The notes under the pieces were generated by a model that made no database searches, was not told the origin of the DNA, and saw only the letters and a program-made list of their open reading frames with translations. A DNA stretch of 64,000 nucleotides, from NCBI RefSeq assembly GCF_004324835.1, contig NW_021163026.1:2099271-2163270 (forward strand). Direction: 5' to 3'. How positions within the stretch are numbered: the stretch's first letter is position 1; each line of letters starts with the position of its first letter. The translations under genes and the position numbers were made by a program. This stretch comes from Dendronephthya gigantea. Its lineage: Eukaryota. Positions 36,918 to 46,824 of the stretch are shown in pieces.

Positions 36918-39900
36918 TTACACTAGTGTCGGAAATAATTCAGGGAACGACTCTTCCCACCACATATTTTCATTCATGCTTGGTCCAGCTGCATAATTTT
37001 CAATTGCTTTATCGAGTTCAATTGTTGTCATGAATTCTCCGCCGGTGGGTTCCAAGCTTTTTGCGTCTTTCCCCATTCCTTCTGAAAGTTTTTCGTCTCC
37101 TCGTTCTTCTTTAAGCTCGGAGATTTCAGGCTCTCCTGCGCAGACGACGAGTACGTCTTCTGGTTCTTGTTTGATGCTGATGAAATCGTCGGGGTTGCCT
37201 GGCTTGAAATCTTCAAGAAAGCTGAAAAGCTCATCAGACTAGGAGAAAAAAAAAGGAAAGAGCATTAGGTTTTTTTTGTGGATTCACACGACAGCACAGG
37301 AAACTTTTTCACACTTTTCACTTGTGTTATGGCACGTTTCGTCAAGTCCCTTGACGTAATCTCGGGTACATTAAAGCGACCTATGACAGATGTAAAAGTA
37401 TATTTGCTCGAGAGAAAGTATCGCTCCTTAACAGTTAGAAAGCCGACAAGTTCAAACGTAGGCAACGTTTTCTCCGTCTGGTTCCCCGCAAATGTTTGCT
37501 CCTACAGAATTTATAGTTTTAGCATTTCTCTGCACATCAATGACTCTACTTGGATAATACCTCATGAATACAATTACATTTTTATTAATGCAAAATTTTT
37601 TCCTCTTCGTAGAAAGGAATTCACTTTATTGACATCTTTATGTAGAAGTGGTGTTCAGGATATTGTTAGGGCGGTTTACAGATGACATCTTCATTACATT
37701 ATGCGCTGTACAAAACTGACCGCCTCTTGAGTGATTCGTGACAGTTTGAAGTGGCAGCAAATGAATGGATCAAAGTGCAAAATATTTGCCAGGATGTGTA
37801 CACCTGATAACTGTTAGTCAATTACATAAACCATTCCCTCTTAATGAATATCGCAATTTAAATGTAGTCTGTTGTTGGAGCTTATGACTGCTCTCAGATA
37901 CAAATACGATTTAAATTACTGTCTTAAGTTTTTTTGCAATGCTTAGCTGACCATAGAGATTATAATTATAATCTCTATGTAGCTGACAATGATATTCAGT
38001 TTATTCCCTGATAATATCATTGTCATGTCCTTTATCATTTATTATTACATAACATGAAGTACTCACCTTAGGAGATGGAGTAGCACAGTAGTCGTGAGTA
38101 GAGAAAGAAAGGGAATCGGCGAGTGTTCCTTCTGCTGAGAAACGCTGAGTTCTGCATACTCAGATGATTCCTTTTCTTGCTTTACCACAACAACTGCTGG
38201 TTCATCCTGGGAGGGGGAGTGGGGTGGGGTAGGTGGGGGTGACGGTGTATTTTCCTCGCTGTTAGTAGGTGAGGACGGTGGGGACAGGCCTAGACGTGTC
38301 TTAAGTTCTGTGTTTTCGCTTTCGAGGGACGAAGCCCGCAATTTGAGATCTTTGTTTTCTTTCATGAGTTTTCGATTCTACAAAGGCAAAGTGATAGTAC
38401 ATCGGTTTTGTGGCAGGTTGTGTCAGGGTTGTGGGAATGTCAAGCCCAATATCAGCCTGTTTTTAAAATGAAATATTGTGAGATAGGACAGACTTACAAT
38501 TCTTAATTTAAATTTCAAATACAGTCGCAATTTCTTCGCAATTATTCCTTAAATTGGTATGTAATTTGACCCTTTCGCTTCTAATTCTCATTAAAAACCC
38601 TTCAGTGAGATATAAATACAAGAACGCAAACAAAAAGCATTCCGGTTTCAAGCACTCGTGCATGACCTGATCATATTCACGGTCAAAGTCTAACGTCGTA
38701 TTTCATAATTGTAGAAAAAACATTTGTTCAAGAAATTGAATTGCTCCAACAGCCTTTAACATATGTATGTTGTATGTATAAGATACACTGATTTTATCTT
38801 ATTAACCAATATACATATAGTTAAGTGGCAAAATAGTCCAGCCTCATTTCCGTTGCTACTAGACAACGCACGTCAATTGGAAGGATGCAGGCCACTTGAT
38901 ATACCAGCCCACATCTTAAGGTTTCCAGGGCAGGCGGAAAAATTCATTTGAATGTATGTTGACTTTAACACAGCTGGACTCGTATAAATTTCATTCAAAT
39001 GCGCTGTTGATCTTACGGGTTTCAATTGTTTGAAGTCAGGTTGCGAAATTGCCAATAACTGGTTCAAATATGTCACCTATGGACGTGTTTCCGTGATACG
39101 AACACTGATCAGTGGATACGAAGAACTTCCATTTTAGTTTTAAATCCCTTGCTTACAGAGGAAGTATTCAACTAACAAATACATATTTAGACTTGTTGTT
39201 ATAAAGCCTTGTTGTTATGGATGTAAGAGCTCTGTTTTTCCACTCTGAAACGATTATAAAGTTGCTTTGTTCGTAGGCTATTTTCAAAGGCAAAGGCATA
39301 TATATGACAAATGTTCCGCTTTTCTTTATTTCAAGCGTGGTAATGTCTTTCTTTCACCCTATCAAGGTTACCGTACAAAGGCTTTGTTTGTCTCCCCTAT
39401 AATGAAATAACTAAGTAACCTCGATGACTCTCGTTATATCATAAACGATTACGCTACTTTCTATATTGTAGCAAATAAATATCAGGAAAGGTTTCGCAGT
39501 TTCATTTAGGAAGAATTCGGACAAGTTTTTAGGGAACTTGTGCCTTTGCTTGTTCTTTATAGAAACACAATGCCTTCGCCGGTTTAAACCCCACTGCCTT
39601 TGGTTTAGTATTGACCTGCACACTCATAAAGCAGCTTTGTTGTTAACTCTTCATTTAGCCAAACAGAGTATCAAATGTTCGGGTTTTTTTGGAATTTCGG
39701 AACAAACTTACAATGTTGCAATTCGCCTGCCGTAAAGCAGAAAATACCCGTATTTAAATGGCGCTAAAAGTGTCGTTTAGTTATGTGATATTAAGGTTAT
39801 ATTAACCTGTTCTTCAAAGATGGCCAAAGATTCCTCCAATTCAGTCATGCGAGCCTTCTTTCTATCCCTGGCCGTCTGAGCAGCAACACGATTCTTTAAC

Positions 39901-40148
39901 TTTCTACATTTGTGAAAGGAAATTGATACATTGTATTGTTAGAAAATTCCGCGCGTTGTTAGAAAATTCCAGAGTGCAATTAGAACGCAACAAAATTGAC
40001 AAAAGGAATACAATTCTATAGTGGATTGCGACACCAACCTTCGAAGCGCTCGCTCTTCGGGTGTTAAATTATCCAAGCGACGTCTTTTTCGGGGGCAGCC
40101 AGGTTCGCATGGCGGATCCATAAGAATTGCCGGATTTATAAGTGCCAT
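36918..40148 (-). CDS. XBP1: XBP1 (X-box binding protein 1) bZIP transcription factor, 4 exons. Both the XBP1s and XBP1u reading frames are recoverable.
   Basis: Exon 1 40148..40039 encodes MALINPAILMDPPCEPGCPRKRRRLDNLTPEERALR. Exon 2 39903..39807 encodes RKLKNRVAAQTARDRKKARMTELEESLAIFEEQ, which matches the XBP1 basic region. Exon 3 38377..38067 encodes the leucine zipper NRKLMKENKDLKLRASSLESENTELKTRLG followed by a Pro/Ser-rich segment. Exon 4 starts at 37238. The unspliced frame runs to a stop at 37025 (243 aa, XBP1u). Removing the 20-nt IRE1-type intron 38154..38135 shifts the frame, and it then runs to a stop at 36918. That spliced frame ends ...FISIKQEPEDV...NENMWWEESFPELFPTLV, which resembles the XBP1s C-terminus (…SWEDTFANELFPQLISV). 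Total 819 nt = 273 codons. Confidence 0.88.
38135..38154 (-). other. XBP1: Predicted unconventional (IRE1/RtcB-processed) 20-nt cytoplasmic intron of the XBP1 mRNA.
   Basis: Minus-strand RNA reads CUGAGU[AUG|CAGA]ACUCAG CG UUUCU[CAG|CAGA]AGGAA. It forms two 7-nt loops on 6-bp and 5-bp stems, each with G at -1 and CAG at +1..+3. Cleavage at both sites removes CAGAACUCAGCGUUUCUCAG. This moves the ORF from the short XBP1u frame into the frame that encodes the conserved XBP1s C-terminus. Confidence 0.6.
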
Positions 40149-40334
40149 TTTGATTATTTTTGTTGTTAATGGAAGAGTATTATTACAATAGCAATCTTCC
40201 ACTCCTGTTGTACTATGCTATACTGGCACACAAAGTTTCCTCAATGACTATATTTACTCTTTCGCACAAAGAGCGCAGTTTGAAAAGCGGAATTACGTCA
40301 TTTACCATATTTGGGAGATTTCAAAATTTGAAAG

Positions 40335-40353
40335 CCAATCAAAAAGCGCCACG
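40335..40353 (+). promoter_or_regulatory. ER-stress response element (ERSE, CCAAT-N9-CCACG) about 190 bp upstream of the XBP1 start codon.
   Basis: The sequence is an exact CCAAT CAAAAAGCG CCACG, with CCAAT at 40335..40339, a 9-nt spacer and CCACG at 40349..40353. The XBP1 ATG is at 40148 on the minus strand. An ACGTCA half-CRE/UPRE-like site lies at about 40285..40292. Confidence 0.5.
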
Positions 40354-41658
40354 GTTGCGCTAATAACAGGAACTCATTGTGAAGACTTCTGTGGCTATGG
40401 CTTTTGCCCCGCTTTCTGACTTCCCTTTCAGTAATAAGCTTGGGAAATTAATATTTATTTACTACAAATAGTTGAGTAAAAACAAATTATTCGTTGTTTA
40501 CGTAACCTAAATGTAGCATCCAATTCAAAATTGTTATCCGGCTGTGTGCGATTGTGTAGGTTTTTGGCTTTCTGCTAAGATTGTTGCGATAAATAATCTT
40601 TCCCAAAATAATTAATTTGTGGGATTTATGTTTCCTGAGCGTCTGAAACAGCCTGTAATTGCAACTTCCCACGTCTAATTGTAATTCAAGATAGGATCGA
40701 GTTGGCGTTCCTGTCTCTGTTATTAAAATAGCGTAAACAAAAACGCATTAGGCGGTAAATATCACATCCAGTAAAATATGTACGAAAAAGCATTTTAAGC
40801 GGTGAAAATCATGGTTTTACAGTAGGTTTCTATAGATTGCGCGCGGCAACCCAAACTTTTGCGTTTCCCAAACTTTTGCGTGATAATTTTAACGCGATAA
40901 ATTTTTCGGGAATTTGAGCTCCGCGGGAATCCAATATGGCGGCATTCAGCATCAGCATTAACATTACAAAGAAATTGTTTACCTTTTTTCTTCCAAGAAA
41001 TGCACAAATGACAACTATTCTAGAGGGTTAAAGACATTTTGAGAATGAAGCAGTTACACAGAAATTTAGAAAAAGATAGTTCGGGGTTTGTATGTCTTTA
41101 AAAATTGGAGCATTAACTTGCATTTTATGTGAAGGTGCAAGGTCTATAAAAGAAATAAAAGAATGGGTCCGTTATCGAAGAGTATAAAGTTTAGTGTTGT
41201 CTATTTTGAGTCCATTATTTTGGTTTTAATATTTCTTAGGCCAGTGACAAATAAATGTAATTTTTTTCTGTTCAGCAGAGTCAATCCTATGAAATAATAA
41301 AATTTAAAATAAATCAAGTTTTCCTACATGTACAAAAAAAGCCCTGGAATTTCACTGTTTTCCTTGTTCAGGCCTTCCTTGAATAGATAGAGCCAGGCAC
41401 TCATTTTGCAGAACCATCAAAAGCTTTTTTAGGGGGGGTAGGCATGGGGGTCAGGTTAAAAGGGGGGGTGGGGTGAGGAGGAGAACTGGTTGAGAAGGTG
41501 ATGTCCTTCATCCCAAGTATTAAGAAGTGAAAAGTTGAGGCTCGGACATATTAGCATGAGGGTTGTCAGTTTTGGCATAGTTCCACCTCATGCTGACTTT
41601 ACATGAAAGACGTCCAGCAAACTTTAGTTAGTTATTACTAGTTGACTTATCATCATTG

Positions 41659-44600
41659 ATGGATTCCAGGGTGATCGGACTTATTCCAGATGAACCAGAA
41701 GATATGTGGCACGCTTACAATCTTATTGCTGTTGGGGATAGATTAAGAGCTACCACAATTAGGTAAACATGATGAAACAAATGTCTAGGATCAAACCACA
41801 TTCCTGTCTTGCCTGTTAGCATCTAAGTGTATCATACACTGGCCACTTTCTACTAGTATCCATTGGCTTCAGAGTCTCCCTGTGGTATACTAAACAGACT
41901 GACAAATCCATGTTTCTTTCATAGGCGGGTTCAGAGTGAGTCTTCAACCGGCTCAGTAAGCAGTAATAAAGTTCGGACAATGTTGACCATCCAGGTGGAA
42001 GGTGTGGAATATGATACACAGGCATGTGTTCTGAGAATCAAGGGAAGAAATGTCCAGGAAAACCAATATGTTAAAGTACGGTTATGTATAAAAGTGATCT
42101 CCCACAAAGAACAAAATTTGCATAGTTAAATCCTATTTAACTCCTATTTAACTCAGAAATACACAACTCTGATTGGCCAATTCTGTCCTTAACTACAGTT
42201 AAAAGTTAACTAGCTAAGTCTTTTATATGGTACAACTGACCCTAGACCAATCCATACAGAAAAGGTTTAACATAAAAATCCATAAAATCATTGTGCTACC
42301 ATGCATTTTTTTATAATTCTAGATGGGAGCTTATCACACCATAGACTTGGAACTCAATCGAAAATTTACGCTTTCAAAAGACCACTGGGATTTTGTAGCT
42401 CTGGAAAGAATAGGTACTGAATAATTTCTAGCATAGCCTTCTTTTCAGCTGGGTCTCATCCACGTTCTTCCTGATCTTATTCATGTCTTTGATTTGTGTT
42501 ATTACATGATGAATTGACCTAAATTGATTCTATATAAGCTGACCCTTGAGGCCATTTCTCTTTGTGAATATTATGCTCAAGTTTATATCTGATCCTATGT
42601 TTTAGATTTAGCATGTGATCCAACACAGCATGCTGATTTGGGAGCAGTTATTATGCATGAAGGTCTTTGTCATGTGTGTCTAATCACAGCCAGTATGACA
42701 TTAGTTCGTGCTAAGATCGACATGAACGTCCCCAGGAAACGAAAAGGTTATTGTGGGCAACATGATAAGGTATTAAATATTTCAGGCCTCTGTTGGACAT
42801 TGCCTAGTGAAATGTGTACATAGCATTTCTGAACCAACTTCTATAGAAACATTCCTTGTATCTTTAACTGAACTAGCTGTTAGTCTGTCACGATTATATA
42901 GCAAAGATTATAAACATTTTCTTTTTTAGGGGATAATGAAGTTTTATGATGCAATTATTCAGGCAATTGTTAGACATATCAACTTTGACAGTAAGCATAC
43001 CAGAAGATATTAGATATGTAGTAATAAGTATACATTTGGGTTTGCTAAGGCATTGCTTTAGTTCAAGTTATACCACAGAGGAAATATAGCTGTATTTGCC
43101 AGATAGCTCAGTCTATGAACTCCTTTGTGTCTCTCCTAGTTGTCAAATGTGTTCTCCTGGGAAGCCCTGGTTTTGTCAAGGTAACAGTACAAAGCATATT
43201 TTCTCTAAACATTGTATTACCTATTCAAAAATTCTTCTAGTATATTACAGCAAGATATATCACATATACATTGTACCTTTGTATAGGATCAGTTCTCAGA
43301 ATACATGTTCAACCAAGCAACCAAAAATGATTTAAAAGTTCTCTTGGACAATAAGTCGAAATTTTTATTGGTAATTTGCCTTTAAATGAAATTGGTATCA
43401 TAGAATAGAATTCAATGCTCTGGATGTAAAACAGTTTTTCACTGATATTTCAGGTGCATTCATCCTCTGGCCATAAACATGCTCTTAAAGGTAAAAAAAT
43501 TTTAACTGTTTGACAGTTGTTGTAAGATATGCTGTTGAGAAACAACCAAACAAGACAACTTCATGATTCTTGAAGTTACTCTGCTAGCAGCTCCCTCTTT
43601 GTTGCTGCTCAGGGTTAATTTTTCACGAAGACCATTATTTCTTTAGAGATTCTCTCAGATCCTGCAATTGGTGGTAGAATTTCAGACACCAAGGTAATGA
43701 AAACAAGGCATTTGAGTGAATGATAAATCCTCATAAATACTGATAAACGCATGTCTGGTTTTCAGGCCAGTGAGGAAGTAAAAGCGTTGGATAATTTTTA
43801 TCAAGTTCTTCAAAATGACCCTGATCGGGCGTACTATGGGTGAGCACAGTTAGAAAATCTTTCCATTCATTGCAGTACTACAACTAGTGCAACTTAGTGT
43901 TAACTGTTGCTACTGAAACTAGCCTGACTAGTCTAGTACTTACTGCTTTGCAATGTTTTATTCAGTGTTTCTCTTTCAACCTGACTCAATGTCAGTTGAT
44001 CATTGCAGTACTGCTAGTCACACTGAGTGTTGACTGTTGCTACTAATACCAACCTGACTAGTCTAGTATACTGCTTTGCAATGTTTTATTCAGTGTTTCT
44101 CTTTCAACCTGACTCAATGTCAGTTGATCATTGCAGTACTGCTAGTCTGACTGAGTGTTGACTGTTGCTACTAATACTAGCCTGACTAGTCTAGTACTTA
44201 CTGCTTTGCAATGTTTTATTCAGTGTTTCTCACTTATTTTTAGTGTGAAACACGTTGAGAGTGCGAATGAAGTGTTGGCCATAGAGACATTGCTTGTGTC
44301 AGATGAATTATTCAGGTGTGAATTTTGCGTTACTTTAATACTGAAACAAATATCTTTGGGTTGTGGCTCAGTGTAGGTAGTATTCTACAATAAGAACTAC
44401 CTGAGAAAGATATCTAAAACGTGGTGGTCCAGTGTAGGTAGTATTCTACAATAAGCTGTCATGGTTTGTGTCTGAACTACCTGAAAAAGATATCTCAAAC
44501 GTGGTGGTCCAGTGTAGGTAGTATTTTACAATAAGCTGTCGTGGTTTGCGTCTGAACTACCTGAAAAAGATATCTCAAACGTGGTGGTTCAGTGTAGGTA

Positions 44601-45449
44601 GTATTTTACAATAAGCTGTCGTGGTTTGTGTCTGAACTACCAGAGAAAGATATCTCAAACGTGGTGGTCCAGTGTAGGTAGTATTCTACAATAAGTTGTC
44701 GATGTTTGAACTACCAGAAAAATTAAATTAAAATTCGTATCTATTTAGAGCTAACGATGTAGCGGTGAGAAAACAATACGTGAATTTGGTTGAAAGTGTG
44801 AAAGAAAATGGCGGAGATGTAAAGTAAGTTGAAATGAATATATAAAATATGATTTGAAAGAAACACTTTCCAAGTTCTAGTTTCCTCTCGTTGTTTCACT
44901 AGAATATTCTCAAGTCTTCACGTGTCAGGAGAGCGTAAGTCCTGTGATTTATATCTTAAATGCAAAACCTTTGAAATATGGCATGCCTGAAGAATTTCCA
45001 CAAATAGAAATGTGTTTGTGCTTCAATATGATATGACAGTCTTCTGCCCGAATATAGCTCTATCTTACAGTAATATCTTTCATCGTAATTATCGCTACTC
45101 TGGTTTTAATAAATAGAAAGTAATCACCACACAAAGATTAACTTTCACGACCCAACGTTTTGAAACTCCGGTCTAGTGTCTTCATCAGGGAATAAAGACA
45201 CTAGACCGGAGTGCCGAAACGTTGGGTCGTGAAAGTTAATCTTTGTGTGGTGATTACTTTCATTTATTAAAACCAGAGTAGCGATAATTACGATGGATTA
45301 TATACCTGGTTGCCGTAAACTCATTAAATTCAATTCGTTGCAATTGAGTAATGCCTTTTTTAGAATTGGGTCAGTTGTCGGGTGTGGCAGCCATATTAAG
45401 ATTTCCTGTTCCAGACATAGTGGATGACGATGAAAGTGACTCAGACTAA
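41659..45449 (+). CDS. PELO: Pelota / Dom34 ribosome-rescue factor, 14 exons, 372 aa.
   Basis: Exons 41659..41762, 41925..42075, 42323..42413, 42606..42769, 42930..42990, 43140..43180, 43287..43370, 43455..43491, 43647..43693, 43766..43839, 44244..44315, 44749..44823, 44903..44934 and 45364..45449. Total 1119 nt. The translation is collinear with Pelota: [192 protein letters not shown], and [29 protein letters not shown]. The N-terminus is ~14 aa shorter than vertebrate PELO, so a short upstream coding exon cannot be excluded. Confidence 0.85.
43845..44240. repeat. Tandem repeat, ~125-bp unit in ~3 copies, in Pelota intron 10. The last copy supplies the acceptor of exon 11.
   Basis: Repeating unit CATTGCAGTACTGCTAGTC(A/T)(C/G)ACTGAGTGTTGACTGTTGCTACTAATAC.AGCCTGACTAGTCTAGTA..CTGCTTTGCAATGTTTTATTCAGTGTTTCTC... 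Confidence 0.8.
44370..44745. repeat. Tandem repeat, ~77-bp unit in ~4.5 copies, in Pelota intron 11.
   Basis: Unit GTGTAGGTAGTATTCTACAATAAGCTGTCGTGGTTTGTGTCTGAACTACCTGAAAAAGATATCTCAAACGTGGTGGTCCA. Confidence 0.8.
45081..45295. repeat. Near-perfect long palindrome (hairpin) with ~100-bp arms, in Pelota intron 13.
   Basis: Left arm CATCGTAATTATCGCTACTCTGGTTTTAATAAATAGAAAGTAATCACCACACAAAGATTAACTTTCACGACCCAACGTTTTGAAACTCCGGTCTAGTGTCTT. A short loop CATCAGGGAATAA follows. The right arm is the reverse complement of the left, apart from one small indel (AAATAGAAAG vs AAATGAAAG). Confidence 0.8.
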
Positions 45450-46133
45450 ACTAATAATAATGCCGGTAATGTATGTAAAAAAAATCATTATATAAATTTA
45501 TGAAGTGAAAATATATATAATATACATCAGAAATGTATTTTGAGAGGAAAGCTGGTTTTAGGCTTTTTATGGTGATTCTCTGACCAGTGTCAGAGAATAC
45601 TGTGTGTTTTTTCTATTTTGGCGAGTTTTAATTCCTGGATCACTGCCACTGGAGAAGATTAATCGCATATTTACTTGAAGTCCTTTACCGTTTTTTATTG
45701 TCATCTTTTCGCTCGTTTTCCGGCGTTTATAAATATGTTCCTGAAATGCTTCACAACTTTTATGCGAAGTTTTTATGACTATTGTCATTCCACGACAGTC
45801 CAGCGAATTTCGAGATCAGTGAGAGATCCACGCGCCCACGATTATTGATGATTTATCGATCCCATCATGCTTTAGCCTACAGCTTATAAGAGTAACTGAT
45901 CTATAAAGATTGCACTGTACTATGCCCAACGAACGAAAGCTAGCTTAAGGGTGGGGGGGGGTAGCAACACAGGGGGCGAAAACCCGAGGTACGAGGTTGG
46001 GGGTAGGTGCTTTTGTCCACATTTTTTTGGTACCGTCAACCACCGTGCATATTATGGTAATATTTTGCCAGTGTTATGGTGGTTGTTATCACCTATTATA
46101 AAATAACATGTATATAACGCCTGTTCTGATTGG

Positions 46134-46400
46134 TTGAAGCCCGTGTTTGGATCAGGCCATCCAAACACGGAAATTTCGTGGGAATTTAAAAACAAATTTA
46201 TAATGGTTAGTTATTTTATAAAACAATTACTTAATGGTTTCCGTGTTTGGATGATCTGATCCAAACACTTGGGAATGTTGCTCGAGTTAAGAAAAGCTCG
46301 CAAAACACTCGCCTTCGGCTCGTGTTTCGCGCGCTTTTCTTAACTCTCGCAACATTCCCGCGTGTTTGGATCAGGCCATCCAAACACGGAAACCATTAAG
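46134..46400. repeat. Complex nested inverted-repeat element; a DNA-transposon/MITE remnant is likely.
   Basis: The 30-bp palindrome CCGTGTTTGGATCAGGCCATCCAAACACGG occurs at ~46141 and ~46359, with a variant at ~46240. Separate inverted repeats lie between the two palindrome copies: GTTGCTCGAGTTAAGAAAAGC / GCTTTTCTTAACTCTCGCAAC, and AACCATTAAGTAATTG. Confidence 0.6.
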
Positions 46401-46824
46401 TAAATGTATATTACCACGCTTTATTATAGAATTATATCTGAAAAAATACAACCAAATGGATCTTTTGCCTTTTGGAGTTTTACTTTTTACACTTAAAACT
46501 TGCGAAAAAATCATATTCTATATAAGATAAATTAAAAAATATCTTGCACAAAAACTATAAAACTCACGCTATTCTGCTCCATAAAAACGTGGTGTAGCAG
46601 GTTGTGTGTTTATATGCAAGAAAATTAATGTAAACAATACCATTAATGGAAATACTGAACAAATATGTACGAGCATTAAAAATAAAATGGCCGGGCATTC
46701 CTGTTTCTTTTGTGTATTTTGGAGATTTCGCAAGGGACGATGTGTTCAAACAGACAGTTTACGGTAGTTTTTAGACGCTTGGTTAAGCTTTACAACAAAA
46801 TCGGCTTAGGAGATTGAATTACTC

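Noticed and set aside
37028-37242. Two overlapping ORFs on opposite strands in the XBP1 3' region.
   Set aside because: The minus-strand ORF is just the XBP1u frame of exon 4. The plus-strand ORF is an antisense artefact.
41501-41630. Possible upstream coding exon for Pelota (ATGAAAGACGTCCAGCAAACTTTAG, MKDVQQTLV, which resembles PELO MKLV...QVTLV).
   Set aside because: No GT donor follows it, and it runs into in-frame stops before the ATG at 41659. It was left as an uncertainty on the PELO start and not annotated.
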